From an uncultured Acidobacteriota bacterium (GTDB taxonomy: Bacteria; Acidobacteriota; UBA6911), in contig CAWHCF010000001.1 of assembly GCA_963827655.1 (NCBI GenBank), positions 32,001 to 96,000 on the forward strand: DNA of 64,000 nt, written 5' to 3'. This document shows, piece after piece, positions 20,633 through 32,151 of this stretch. The notes beneath the pieces are model-generated. The model was not told where the DNA came from and made no database searches. It saw nothing but the letters and a program-made list of their open reading frames with translations. A program made the position numbers and the translations under genes. How positions within the stretch are numbered: position 1 is the stretch's first letter; each line of letters begins with the position of its first letter.

Positions 20633-21371
20633 GTGACCAAGTTCAGGATTACGCTTGCGCTCGCGTTTCTCTTCGTTCTGGCATCGACTGCCGCGGCTGG
20701 CACTCTGACGGCGAGCACCGGCACGGTTACCCCTGGCGGCCCTGTTACGGTGACCTGGAGTGACGTTACTGGTCCAACAATTTTGGACTGGATGGGACGG
20801 TACGTCCAGGGAGCCCCCGACGGGGCATACGATGACTATGTATTCACCAGCACTTGCACGCACGATCGGGGCATCACTCCTACTGTCGTCGGGCTCGTGT
20901 ACCTTCGCGATGCCAACCACGCCCGGCACATATGAATTTCGGCTGTATGCGACCAACGGCAGCACTTTGCTGGCGAGGTCCGGTCCAGTCCAAGTGTCCA
21001 CTGCCTCCGCTCCTCCCCCAGGTCCTTCCCAAAGTGTCGGCGGCGCCAGGATCGTCACCTACACCACGAGTACTACGCTCACGGCGGACGATGTCAGTCG
21101 CTCCATTATCAACAACGGTGGGGCTAGCGCTCCCATCACACTGAACCTGCCCGCCTCCGATGTTGGCAATGTGGTTACGGTCTACATAATTGCTGGCCAG
21201 CCGATCACGATCAACCCGAGCGGAACGGAACGAATCCAGATCCTAACGAACGCGAACGGCGACGCGATCCAGAGCGACACCTTGCGCGGAACCATGATTA
21301 CCCTCGTTTGCCATGTACGTGGCTCATGGGAACCCATGGGCCAGATAGGAACATGGTTTGATGTCAATTAA
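20633..21371 (+). CDS. Secreted protein with an Ig-like domain and a tail-fibre-like C-terminal domain; frameshift near 20860
   Basis: GGAGGTG RBS and signal peptide. VTVTWS..DWMG joins PGTYEFRLY in the second frame, followed by a Pro linker and TLTADD...ITLNLPA...ITINP...ITLVC...W. Confidence 0.7.
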
Positions 21372-21639
21372 AAAAGTTCTACTTCTCCCTTGCCTGCTTA
21401 TAACAAATCTGTCTGTGGCATGGTCGACGACTTTCTTGGTCCGTCCTGGAGGCATGGGTTCGATTTGCACACAGTACGTAGCGGATGTCGGTCAGACACT
21501 TATGCCGGCCGGGACGCAGTACGGCACCCTTCCTGGAATGACGCAGCCCGCGCCGTTCCCTCGGTATTACCTGACTAACAATCCGGACCGCGGCTGGCTT
21601 CCGTGGCCGGCGTTCTGTATGGGGGCGATACTTCCTTGA
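21358..21639 (+). CDS. Small secreted protein, miniature paralog of the downstream beta-helix gene
   Basis: Signal peptide; its N- and C-terminal segments match the two ends of the 21636-23560 product. Confidence 0.6.
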   Translation: MMSIKKVLLLPCLLITNLSVAWSTTFLVRPGGMGSICTQYVADVGQTLMPAGTQYGTLPGMTQPAPFPRYYLTNNPDRGWLPWPAFCMGAILP

Positions 21640-23560
21640 ATAAACGCACGTTTGACAACTTGATTCTCACCCTCGGTTTGATCCTGATCGTTCTGGTGGG
21701 CGAGTCGCGCGCAGCTACTTACTTCGTCCGAAGTGGAGGAACCGGCATAAATTGCACGCAGTATCAGACGGTCGGCACGGCGAGTGGAACAATCCAAGCG
21801 GCTATAAATTGCACATCAACCGGAGGCGACGTCGTAGATATAGGCCCGGGCGTGTTCCACGAACGCGTAACCTTCCCGGCCAGCGGCAGCGTCGGCAACC
21901 CGATCATCGTGCGTGGCGCGCTGGATCCGGCAGGAGGTTTACTGACAACTGTCGACGGCACAAGCGCTATAACCGGCACATGGCAGCTGGCGAACGATAC
22001 GCAAAACGTCGACGCCTGCGGTGGATCTTTTTGCCGGCACGGCTACACTTTCCGGCTCGGGGACATACCGTATCAACACACCTTCCAGTGAACCTTGGCA
22101 TATCCAGGAGGGAACCGGAAAAAAGCTACTACGCATTTCCAACCAATGGATGAACGGCACCAGGGACTACAACAACTATTGCCGCTCAGGATTTGAGTTT
22201 TTGAACAAGCCGTCCAATTTTATCGATGACGTTGATTGGGGCGTTAGCTATTGGGACGGGATAGAGGCACTTTGGGGTTACAGTTCAGCAACTGGTTACA
22301 CTTATGTTCGGTATAGAGACGGGACAAACCCAGGCACGAAGAACCTGCGATGGGCACCGGGTGGGGAGTATGATTTTGAAAGTAGTTCCGTAGTCGAAAT
22401 CAACGCAAGGTCGAATATCACGATCTCGAACCTGATCATACAGGGTGCGCTGAACGGTGTTCTGATACGGGGTGGCGGCAACCAAGGGGAGGGAACTACC
22501 GCCGACAACAACACCGTGCAAGGCTGCACAATTCGCAATTTCGAATATGGTGTGCTGGTCTACGGACGAACAGACAATACCAAAGTTCTTTCTTGCGACC
22601 TGCGTTCCGGCCTGCTCGGCATGTCAGGTTTTCAACCGGTTGCTTGGCAACCGGTTTCGACGATCTCGACGGATCCCGTCTATCCATATAATCGGAGTGT
22701 GAGCTGGCACATGTATGCCATGATGAAGTTCATGAACGATAAGTCTTACAGTATCAGGCATCCGGGCGTTGCGATCCACCCCGGCATTATGAACAGGGTC
22801 TTTCCTGTTGAGCCGACAAACATTGAAATTGCCTACAATGAGATGACCGAGCTCAACTACGGCGTGGACATGCTCGGAGGAGATGGGATCGACATTCACC
22901 ACAACACGGCGCACAACAACGTGGACATCGGCTTTCAGCGGTCTCCGAGCTCCACCGGCGGCACGCAATATAAAGATCCACGACAACGATGTGTGGGAGC
23001 AGAAATATACTCTCTTCAGGTGGCATTCTGCCAATCAATCTGCCGGCGACAACTACATTTACCGGAATCGAGTTTCTGCTCTTGACAGAGTCGGTGTGCA
23101 CTGTTTCCTCCCCAGCCAGATTGGTTCCGGACCTCAGGTTTCAGAGCTGAACATATGGTTTTATCACAATTCTTTCTCGGGAGGTGCTACCGTCTGGGAG
23201 CTTGACAAAATCATAAGCATGCCTGGGTTTCGCGCTGTTAATAACGTGATTTCTCACTCCGGCAACACAGCCATTGATTCCGGTTGGCTCACGATGGGTG
23301 TATTCGATTACAACATCATGAGCGCGAACCTTGGAGTCGGCGGTCCTTGGTATGGCGGCAATAATATAACAGGGATGCCGGCCATCTGGTCAACGAGTCA
23401 GATCGAGAAAAACTTTGTCCTGCCGGCCAGTCATGCTGCGCGAAATTCCGGAGTGGATGTGGGACAGGTATTCACCGCAGCTGGCACACAATATCCTGCC
23501 CTACCGGGCATGACACCAACGCCGCAACCTGATCGTGGCTGGCTAAAGTGGCCCCCATAG
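21636..23560 (+). CDS. Secreted right-handed beta-helix (pectin-lyase-fold) protein; frameshifts near 22030 and 22950
   Basis: TTG start overlaps the upstream stop. ATYFVRSGG..TIQAAIN..GDVVDIGPGVFHE..GNPIIVRG is followed by Asn-ladder repeats (NITISNL, NIEIAYN, IYRN, FYHN, VNN) across three ORFs. Confidence 0.75.
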
Positions 23561-23833
23561 AATTAGCGGTGTAGGTACGGCTTTTTGAAGGGAAATGATG
23601 AATACGCAACTCGCGTTTTCTTTGCATCTTTGCATGTTCGAGGTTAATGCTGTTAATGCGACTTTACGATTAAGTCAGGGAGATTGCCGGCTGAGCGAGG
23701 AAGCCCTGCGTTCCTGAACTCTCGCCGGCCGTGAAGTGGGAACGGTTTCATCGGCGATATCCGTCAAATTCCGATTGACGGGCAGTTGGCCATTTTAACC
23801 ATAATTCGCAGCCCAGGGTACTTGGGAGTGTGT

Positions 23834-26239
23834 ATGACGGAATTAAGGAAATATACGGGGAAAGCTTCCGGGTGGTTTGTCTATCTATTTCTGGCCGTAG
23901 GTTCTCACAACATCATCGCCGGGTGGTTGCATGCACAGCCGGTGTCTTTCGTCACCGCCAGGAGGTTCAGTGCCGGCTCGGGTCCCGTATCAGTTGGCGT
24001 GGGCGACTTCAATCAGGATGGAAATCGGGACCTGGCAGTGGCCAACAGCGGTTCCAACAATGTCTCGGTGCTTCTGGGCAATGGCAATGGAACGTTCCAG
24101 CCGGCGGTCAATTTCCCGGTCGGCGGATCCCCGAATTCCGTCGTCGTGAGTTACTTCAATGGCGACTCGATTCAAGATCTCGCCGTGGCGAGCTCCGTGA
24201 GTTCGACGTCTACGAGTGTTTCAGTGCTCCTGGGCAATGGCAATGGAACGTTTCGGCCGGCGATGAGCTTTCCTGCCGGCGGATTAGGCCTTCCCATGAC
24301 CTACGGTGATTTCAATAATGACACCTTTCAGGATGTGGTCATCGGCTCGATCTCACCGTTCATGAATGGCGTAGTGCTCCTCGGAAACGGAAACGGCACA
24401 CTTCGGCCACCCCTGAACGCTCCCATTGGGGGCAGTTCTCTGGTCGCGGGCTACTTCAATAACGATGGAATTCTGGACATTGCAGACGTCGCCTCAATAT
24501 CTAACAGGATCCGGGTGCACGTCGGTAACGGAGACGGAACGTTCCGGTCACCCCTGTTTTCTCCTGGCGTCCAAGCTCCTCGAACACTAGAGTTGGGCCA
24601 CTTTAATCGCGATGTCATCGCGGATCTGGTCGTGGCCGACGTTGACTCGGGCGATGTGGGCATACTTCTGGGCAATGGAGATGGAACATTTCGACCTGGC
24701 GGATTTTCTGGCCTTCTCTTGCCTGGTCCCTTCGCTGTAGACGACTTCAATGGTGATACCATCGATGATCTGGCCCACAGTTCTGGCGGGGGGGTTGGTG
24801 TAGCGCTAGGCCGAGGAGACGGATCGTTCCGTCGGCCATTCATAAGCACTGCTGCCTCTGGTTCTTTCTTCGCAGTGGGTGAGTTCAATAGCGATGGGCA
24901 CAAGGATCTCGTGACGACCGACGGCGACGGAGTGACGATCTTGCTCGGTTGGGGCGATGGGACGTTCCGGGGGTCTTGGAACTATGACCTCGGGACGGAA
25001 TTGAGACCTCTTAGCGCTTTTTTAAGGCCGATGGTCACGCGCGGTGATTTCAATCGCGATGGCATTCAAGATCTCGCGATTGCGATCCCTGGTATTCCCG
25101 GTAGAATCTCGGTATTTCTGGGCAACGGAGATGGATCACTTCGCTGGTTATACGACTTTGGGGCTGGCGGCGCCGACTCTCTCGAAGTGGGTGACTTCAA
25201 CGGCGATGGGATTCAGGATCTTGTGATCTCCGACGCGCTATTCCTGGGTAATGGGAATGGCACATTCCAGCCAGCAATAAACTTCCCCGGTGTCGATGCT
25301 CCTTCTGGCATCGCAGTGGGCTTCCTGAATGGAGACGGGTTTCTGGACCTTGCAGTGGTGAGCCGTTCTGCCAGCAGTATTACGGTGCTGCTCGGTAATG
25401 GGAATGGGACATTCCGGCCGCCATTGTCGTTTAATACTGGGGCTCCTGTGCGTTTTCCTGAAAAAAGATCTGTCGCCCTGGGCGATCTTAACCGCGATGG
25501 CAGTCTAGACCTGGTGGTCACCAACTCCTCTGCCGGCAGTATCACGGTGCTGGTCGGGAATGGAGATGGCACGTTCCGGGCGCCATTACTCTTTGATACC
25601 GGCAGAGAACCTGTTGCCGTTGCCGTTGGGGATTTCAATAGGGATCAATTCCTGGATGTCGCCGTGGCCAGTCCCGCTATTGGCATCCTGGTGCTCCTGG
25701 GCAATGGGAATGGAACCTTACGCATCCCGTCAAACCTTGGTAGGAGTGCTGACGCCATCACACGGGGCGATTTCAATAGCGATGGGATTGACGATCTGGC
25801 GGTGACCGGCTCTTCCTTACCCGGCACCCTGGTGCTCCTCGGCAATGGGGATGGAACGTTCCAGCCGGCGGTGATTTTTGAGACGGCTAACGGCTCTTCA
25901 CTCCTCGTTGGCGATTTCAGCGGGGACGGCCGTCCAGACCTTGCGATCGTCGGCAATCTGGACGCTTTCTTCTTCCGTATCAATACGCTCTCGGTGCTGA
26001 TCAATAACACTCCTGATCCGCGCCTGACACTGGAGCCCCTGGAATCTGACCGCGCACAAGCTCGCGTTCCGCTGTCTTGGTCAATTTTGTTCCGGAGAAT
26101 TAACCGCGAAGACGCGAAGCGCAGCCGTGAGGCCGCGAATCAAAAGAAAAAAAGCACCGCAGAGACGCCGAGGGCGCAGAGAAACGCAGAGTCTTTCACT
26201 CTTTCTCTTGGCGAGCTTTTCTGTCATGAACTGCCCTAA
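23834..26239 (+). CDS. FG-GAP/VCBS repeat beta-propeller protein
   Basis: About 13-14 repeats of GDFNxDGxxDL...VLLGNGxGTF. The natural end is probably LINNTP near 26013, and the tail reads through a repeat element. Confidence 0.9.
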   Translation: MTELRKYTGKASGWFVYLFLAVGSHNIIAGWLHAQPVSFVTARRFSAGSGPVSVGVGDFNQDGNRDLAVANSGSNNVSVLLGNGNGTFQPAVNFPVGGSPNSVVVSYFNGDSIQDLAVASSVSSTSTSVSVLLGNGNGTFRPAMSFPAGGLGLPMTYGDFNNDTFQDVVIGSISPFMNGVVLLGNGNGTLRPPLNAPIGGSSLVAGYFNNDGILDIADVASISNRIRVHVGNGDGTFRSPLFSPGVQAPRTLELGHFNRDVIADLVVADVDSGDVGILLGNGDGTFRPGGFSGLLLPGPFAVDDFNGDTIDDLAHSSGGGVGVALGRGDGSFRRPFISTAASGSFFAVGEFNSDGHKDLVTTDGDGVTILLGWGDGTFRGSWNYDLGTELRPLSAFLRPMVTRGDFNRDGIQDLAIAIPGIPGRISVFLGNGDGSLRWLYDFGAGGADSLEVGDFNGDGIQDLVISDALFLGNGNGTFQPAINFPGVDAPSGIAVGFLNGDGFLDLAVVSRSASSITVLLGNGNGTFRPPLSFNTGAPVRFPEKRSVALGDLNRDGSLDLVVTNSSAGSITVLVGNGDGTFRAPLLFDTGREPVAVAVGDFNRDQFLDVAVASPAIGILVLLGNGNGTLRIPSNLGRSADAITRGDFNSDGIDDLAVTGSSLPGTLVLLGNGDGTFQPAVIFETANGSSLLVGDFSGDGRPDLAIVGNLDAFFFRINTLSVLINNTPDPRLTLEPLESDRAQARVPLSWSILFRRINREDAKRSREAANQKKKSTAETPRAQRNAESFTLSLGELFCHELP
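26102..26181 (+). repeat. Composite repeat, copy B
   Basis: Same blocks as 20126-20207. Confidence 0.8.
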
Positions 26240-26579
26240 AAAACATTGCGTCGCATAGGAGCTCGACCAAAGGACCGAGACAACGCCAATCCTTCGCGGT
26301 CGGCGAAAGAGAATCGACCAACGCTGGCGCCGTGGAACGAATCGGCGCCGCTAAATAAAGACGCTGCCTAGAGCCGCTCCGAGTAATCGCTCTTTCCGAA
26401 GTAGAGTCCCAAGCCATTCCCTTGCCGTAGGCTTGTTGAGCGGCGACGGCCGTCCAGACATCGCGGTCGCTGGTTCTCGCCAGTTTGTGGGTAATCGTTT
26501 CCACAAGCTCTCGGTGCTGGTCAACAACACTCCATAGCGTTTCTTCGTGTCTCTTCTGTTTTGTTTTTGCATCTTGCAT
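26196..26579 (-). CDS. Hypothetical protein (doubtful)
   Basis: 127-aa ORF starting 3 nt after the DUF2339 stop. Its N-terminus is repeat-like and no motif was recognised. Confidence 0.3.
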   Translation of the reverse strand: MQDAKTKQKRHEETLWSVVDQHRELVETITHKLARTSDRDVWTAVAAQQAYGKGMAWDSTSERAITRSGSRQRLYLAAPIRSTAPALVDSLSPTAKDWRCLGPLVELLCDAMFFRAVHDRKARQEKE

Positions 26580-26582
26580 GAT

Positions 26583-28870
26583 TCATGTGAGAGCTTTCTC
26601 GCCGGCGGCTGGATTGGATGTCTCAAAAATGACCTTCTTGAATCGCTGGTACAGGAATGAAACTGCAAGGAGCAGGCACCCCAGACTGATGAACGAAAGG
26701 ACTCGGTACAGCGTTCGCAGAGTCCATATGTCGACCGAGAAGACTTTGACGATCGCCACGAAAAAGAGCGCAATACCGAACAGCCGGATCGGACGATAGC
26801 GATAAAAAATTCCGGCTGCAACCGCTGCAATGGAATACACACTCCAGAGCAGCGACAAGCTCAGTTGCCGGCTGTTCCTCACCTGTGCGGCCAGCGAACC
26901 AAACTGGGACGCACTCACCTCTTCCCGCCCGGCGGCAGAGCAAGGTGGCGCAATCGGTCTTCATGGTACGCCCACGACTCCTGGGTGATGAGAAAAACAG
27001 TGACCCCATTCGCCAGCAGAATCAGCCCGGTGTGCACTGGTCGCTCCCAGCGTTCCGTGCTCGAAAAGGTTTCGGCGGTAAAACATCGCCATCAAGTAGA
27101 CGGCCGCGATGGCGGCCAGGAAAGAGAATACGCGGCGGTTAAAGACAAGCGTATATCGCGAGAGGGGCTCGAAAGCGTCCCAGGCAAAGAGCCTGAACAA
27201 GCAGAGGACCAGGACGGCAAATGCAGCCTGCCGGATCCGGACCGACGCAATCCGGAAACCGATCCAGATCAGCACAACCGATTCCGCAGCCCAGCTCAGC
27301 GTGATCCAGTTCTGCTCGAGCTCGATCGGAATCGAGAGCGTGACCAATGTGACCGAAACCCCGATAAAGGCAAGCGCCGCCGTACTCCTCTCGCGGTCGC
27401 GGCTCAGAAGCGGGCGGCGTAAAGGTAGACCAGAGCGAGCGCCAGGGCAAAGGAACCCATCCAGGCGTGGTACTCCGACCAGCGGAGTACGCGGTAGCTG
27501 GCGCCGTAGTAGCCGAGTCCCGTGCCCAGGACGACCAGGATCTCCAGTAAATCGGCCGGGAAGACCGACCAGAGTCTCCCGAGAATACTCTGCAGTAGAA
27601 ACGCCAGGAATACTCCAGTGAGCAGGGCGAAAACGAGCAGCCGATCCGGCTCGCGAAAGTCAACCGCGATCCAGAAAGCGATCCCGAGAGCATTCAGGAC
27701 GAAGACACCCGGGGCGATTCGATTCGTTCGAACGCGCAGGCTGGCGCTCAAGGCCACTGCGTCAAAGATCAGCAAAAACCACCAGTAGTATTCCGGATCA
27801 TGGCCTAGAACCGCCTGCGTAGAGATGAAAAAGAGCACCACCGCTGTGGCTTCCAGCAACCCAGGGCTTTTTGCCTTTTCCAACCGGCGTCGCAGGGCTT
27901 CGCAAAGACAAACATAAAGGACAACAAAGAGGACCAGGAAGATCTCGGTCGTCCACAGCGCGTCACGAGTGTAGAAGCGATTACCCCAGTGCCAGAACAA
28001 CCCGACCGTGCCAATGAAGCTCAGCACATTGAGAAAGGGCCAGCTACGCCACAGTGCCAGCAGCCCCATTCCGCCGTCGAGAATCAAGAGGTAACCGAGC
28101 AGTCCTATCTGGTTGTTGGTGTCGGTGCTCAGCCAGTAGGGCGTCAGGATGCCCCCCAGGACTCCAAGAACGGCAAGTGTCTTGCTGGAGTAGCGAGCCG
28201 ACAACAGGCTGGCCGCCGCGGTGACAAGCGCCATCAAGAAGAGCGCCGACGCCTGGGGAAGCAAGGAGTAGAAATTGAAAGACGCATAGAGCGACAGGTA
28301 GAGAATCGAGATGCCGCCGCCCGCGACCGCCTGGCCGTAGAGTTTGTATCCCTTCTTCTGAAAGCGCTCACCGGCATACAGGAACGCCAGACCGGAGAAC
28401 GATCCGATAAGCACACGCCCGCCATCGCCAATCCAGCGATTGTCGAAAGCCAGCTTGAGAAAGTAGAGGCAGCCCAGGACGATGGCGAATATGCCGATCA
28501 TCAAGAGCCAGTTGCCGCCGACCAGCGCCTCGAGCTCCGGAGAACCGCGCGGCCGTGGCGGCGGGGTGCATGTTGCGGGAGAAGGCGTGTCACCAGCCAT
28601 CGGCGGCATGGAAGGGGGATGAAATGGCGCCTCACTCTCACTGCGCAGGCCAGCCGGAATCGATGCCTCGGGAGTCTCAACCGCCGCTGATTGAGGGGGT
28701 GACGTCTCGACTTCTCGTTGCCGGCGTTCGACGAGAGAGCGCAGGTTTTCTATTTCGGACCGCAGCCAGGAGACCTGGGCTTCGAGGTTGGCAAACTTTC
28801 TGCTGTACCACAGAATCAGCAGCGCAAGGGCGATTCCCACAAAACCCAGAAAGGCGAACTCAAGCATCAC
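26583..28870 (-). CDS. DUF2339 predicted membrane protein; frameshifts near 27410, 27050 and 26935
   Basis: LEALVGGNWL..IG, GGGISILYLSLY, IPIELEQNWITLSWAAE and KVFSVDI..YRVLSFI.LG..LL.VSFLYQR motifs across successive frames. Confidence 0.85.
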
Positions 28871-28902
28871 GAAGCCGCTTCCCTTTCGAAAAGTGTTGGC
28901 GT

Positions 28903-28972
28903 TTCTTCGTGTCTCTGTGTCCTGGTGGTGTTAGTTACGCAGCGACAACCACGAAGACACGAAGACACAAAG
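28903..28972. repeat. Inverted pair of 9-nt-periodic repeats
   Basis: CTTCGTGTCTCTGTGTCCTGGTGGT faces ACCACGAAGACACGAAGACACAAAG. Confidence 0.7.
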
Positions 28973-28980
28973 ATCGATCT

Positions 28981-30369
28981 CTACGGTTGCCGCACAAACT
29001 GGGCATTGCGAGCGTCCAGCGCCCGGAAGAGCGCGTCGCGGACCTTGTCGTACTGAGCAGGAATTTCAATTGGCGGGTTGGCAAAGCGGGATTCTACGTC
29101 CGGGATCTCCGAGGCGTGATACTGGGTCTTGAAGCCGGTGAATTTCAGGCCGTGGGCCGTCGAGATTACCACGACCCGCGACCCGCGCGGCACTTCGCCA
29201 TGACGGATCAGTTTCTTGAGCGCCGCCAGAGCCACGCCAGTATGCGGGCAGTTGTAAAGGCCCGTGAGATCCCCCTCGGCAGCCGCTTCGGCCAGTTCAT
29301 CCTCGGACGCCTGTTCAACCGATCCGTTGAATTGCTTCAGCACGCGAATCGCTTTTTTGATGCTGACCGGGTTGCCGATCTGGATGGCGCTCGCCATCGT
29401 TGGCTTGGCAGAAACGCCTTCGATGGAGCTGAATCCCCGGAGATAGCTGCGATAGAGCGGATTGGCATTCTCGGCCTGGGCACAGACAATACGCGGCAAC
29501 CGATCAATCAAACCAACGGCCTGCATGATGAGAAAACCCTGCCCCAGAGCGCTGACATTCCCCAGGTTGCCGCCCGGAATGACAATCAAGTCGGGCACTC
29601 CCCAGTCGAACTGCTGGCACAGCTCGAAGCTGATGGTTTTTTGCCCCTCGACCCGCAGCGAGTTCATCGAGTTCGCCAGGTAGATATTGTGCTTGCTGGT
29701 GATCTCCCGGACGATCTTCATGCAACCGTCGAAATCGGTGTCGATTGCCAGCGTGATCGCTCCATGGGCCAGAGGCTGCACGAGTTGAGCGTGGGAGACC
29801 TTGTTTTTGGGCAGGAAGACAATTGCCGGGATCCCCGCGGCAGCGCAATATGCGGCCAGCGCCGCCGAAGTATCTCCCGTGGAAGCGCAGGCGACGGCCG
29901 GAATATCCTTCCCCTCATGCCGCATCTGCTTCACCATGCTCACGAGCACGGTCATGCCCAGATCCTTGAACGATCCAGTGTGGCTATTACCGCATTGCTT
30001 GATCCAAAGGTCCTCGACCCCCCAGCGGTACCCGAGCTGTTCGGCCCAGAAAAGATTGCTTCCACCCTCGCAAGTGGACACGATGTTTTCATCCAGGATG
30101 TCCGGGCAGACAAATTCTTTCTTGCCCCAGACTCCCGACCCGTAAGGCCAGAAGGTGGTCATGAACCGGCTGTCGAATATGTTCTTCCACTCTTCTGGAG
30201 AAGTCATTCTCAGGGGCACTGGATCGTGTATGACTTCCAGCAAGTCATTGCACTTCGGACACTGGTAAATGATCTCGTTGAGGGCGTATTCACCGGGGCA
30301 GCCGCTGATGCACCGAAAGATCGCTCGATATCGCGCCCCAGGGTTGGGGTATTTCAGTGGTATAGGCAT
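28981..30369 (-). CDS. thrC: Threonine synthase
   Basis: HTGSFKD (PLP Lys), [23 protein letters not shown] and PGGNLGN motifs. Confidence 0.95.
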   Translation of the reverse strand: MPIPLKYPNPGARYRAIFRCISGCPGEYALNEIIYQCPKCNDLLEVIHDPVPLRMTSPEEWKNIFDSRFMTTFWPYGSGVWGKKEFVCPDILDENIVSTCEGGSNLFWAEQLGYRWGVEDLWIKQCGNSHTGSFKDLGMTVLVSMVKQMRHEGKDIPAVACASTGDTSAALAAYCAAAGIPAIVFLPKNKVSHAQLVQPLAHGAITLAIDTDFDGCMKIVREITSKHNIYLANSMNSLRVEGQKTISFELCQQFDWGVPDLIVIPGGNLGNVSALGQGFLIMQAVGLIDRLPRIVCAQAENANPLYRSYLRGFSSIEGVSAKPTMASAIQIGNPVSIKKAIRVLKQFNGSVEQASEDELAEAAAEGDLTGLYNCPHTGVALAALKKLIRHGEVPRGSRVVVISTAHGLKFTGFKTQYHASEIPDVESRFANPPIEIPAQYDKVRDALFRALDARNAQFVRQP

Positions 30370-30567
30370 ACAGGATCTGAATCAGTATCGATCGAGCATG
30401 ATTCTACCCTATTTTGTTTCTTTGTAGCCTGGTGTCTCTTCGTGTCTCAGCTAATCAGCGGTCAGCCGTCAGTTCCCGCATCAGCGCCGCAACAGCTTCA
30501 CAGGTGCTTGCCTGCAGGGTGGGTGGCGGGGTAACCTTGCTCTCATCCCGAACGGAAAGTAACGCTA

Positions 30568-32124
30568 ATGCAGACCTTGCCCGAGCTGATTCGCTGGCGC
30601 GCGCGTGTGACTCCCGAAATACCTGCTGTCTGGTTCGAGGGAAGGCAGATCACGTATCGCGAGCTTGACCGGCGCTCCAGCCAGGCAGCCAATGCGCTGA
30701 TCGAGCGCGGAGTGCGTCCGGGAGATCGCGTCTGTGTCCTGGACCAGAATCACGCCGGGTTCATCGAGCTCATGTTTGGTCTGGCCAAGGCCGGCGCGGT
30801 TTACGTTCCGGTGAATTGGCGCCTCGCGCCACCGGAAGTCCGTTACGTGGTCAATGATTCCGAGGCAAAACTCCTCTTCGTGGGCGGCAGCTTCTGCCAG
30901 ATCATCGAAGAGATTGAGGACCAACTCACGACGGTTCGGAAAATCGTTTCTTTTTCAGGTGGCAGTGATGCCTGGGAATCCTACACCGCGATGCTGGACG
31001 GGGCTTCGGAAGCGGACCCCCGGGTTCAGATCGTCGATTCGGAAACCACGTGGCAGCTTTACACCAGCGGGACCACCGGGAGACCGAAGGGAGCGGAATT
31101 AACCACGTCAAACCTGTTTTCTGTTTTCGGCTTTGCCCCCGCGCTCTTCGGAGGAATGCGCGAAGGGGAGCGGACGCTGGTCGTCATGCCGCTCTACCAT
31201 ATCGGCGGATCCGGCTATGCCCTGATGGCGCTCATCGCCGGGAACACGCTGGTGATGATGCGCGAATTCAACCCGGCCAAAGCCCTCGACATCATTCAGG
31301 AACAGAAGGTGAATCACTCATTCCTGGTGCCGGCCGCCCTCCTGTTCATGCTTCAGGCTGAAAACTCCGCCCGGACCAACTCCTCCAGCCTCCGGGCCAT
31401 CGTCTACGGGGCCTCTCCCATTCCCGAGGACCTGCTGCGACGCGCCATGGATCATTTCCGATGCGAATTCTTTCAGGTTTACGGTCTCACAGAAACGACG
31501 GGAGGGGTGACGCGCCTGCGCTTCGAGGATCATCATCTCAACGGACCGCTGGCCCGGCGTCTCAAGTCCTGCGGCCAGCCGCTCTTCGGCGTGGAAGTCC
31601 GGGTAGTGGATTCCGAGGGACAGGATGTGGCGCCCGGAGTCATGGGAGAGATTGTTGTGCGAGGTCCCGTGGTAATGAAGGGCTACTGGCACGACCCCGA
31701 GGCCACCGCCAGAGCCATCCGGGACGGCTGGTTGTACACGGGCGATGCCGGTTACCTGGATGAAGATGGCTACATCTATATTCAGGATCGGGTAAAGGAC
31801 ATGATTGTCTCGGGCGGCGAAAACATCTATCCCGCCGAAGTGGAGAGCTGCCTTTTCGGACATCCGGCGGTGGCCGACGTGGCGGTCATTGGAATACCGG
31901 ATGAACGGTGGGGTGAAGCCGTGAAAGCCGTGGTCGTGTTAAAGCCCGATACGGCGGTCGGCGCCGAAGAGTTGATTGAATTCTGCAAAGGGAAGATTGC
32001 GAACTACAAGAGACCGCGCTCCGTGGATTTCGTAACCGCGCTGCCGAGAAACCCCACCGGCAAGGTTCTCAAGCGAGAGCTCCGCAAACCTTACTGGGAG
32101 GGGAAAGATCGCAACGTAAATTAG
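30568..32124 (+). CDS. Long-chain fatty acid--CoA ligase
   Basis: YTSGTTGRPKG, YGLTET, TGD, GGENIYPAEVE and PTGKV motifs. Confidence 0.92.
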   Translation: MQTLPELIRWRARVTPEIPAVWFEGRQITYRELDRRSSQAANALIERGVRPGDRVCVLDQNHAGFIELMFGLAKAGAVYVPVNWRLAPPEVRYVVNDSEAKLLFVGGSFCQIIEEIEDQLTTVRKIVSFSGGSDAWESYTAMLDGASEADPRVQIVDSETTWQLYTSGTTGRPKGAELTTSNLFSVFGFAPALFGGMREGERTLVVMPLYHIGGSGYALMALIAGNTLVMMREFNPAKALDIIQEQKVNHSFLVPAALLFMLQAENSARTNSSSLRAIVYGASPIPEDLLRRAMDHFRCEFFQVYGLTETTGGVTRLRFEDHHLNGPLARRLKSCGQPLFGVEVRVVDSEGQDVAPGVMGEIVVRGPVVMKGYWHDPEATARAIRDGWLYTGDAGYLDEDGYIYIQDRVKDMIVSGGENIYPAEVESCLFGHPAVADVAVIGIPDERWGEAVKAVVVLKPDTAVGAEELIEFCKGKIANYKRPRSVDFVTALPRNPTGKVLKRELRKPYWEGKDRNVN

Positions 32125-32151
32125 GCTTGAACCAGCTGGCGTCTGGAGGGG

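Noticed and set aside
23834-26010. Regularly spaced GGCAATGGNAATGGAAC repeats as a possible CRISPR or DGR
   Set aside because: They are coding FG-GAP repeats; there is no cas or reverse transcriptase gene.
26013-26239. C-terminal extension of the FG-GAP protein as a real domain
   Set aside because: It translates the intergenic repeat. One extra base at ACTCCTGA would restore a stop after LINNTP.
28555-30534. 659-aa plus-strand ORF
   Set aside because: Antisense to thrC. The same applies to 7127-8503, 33279-34520, 39034-40482 and 53083-54318.
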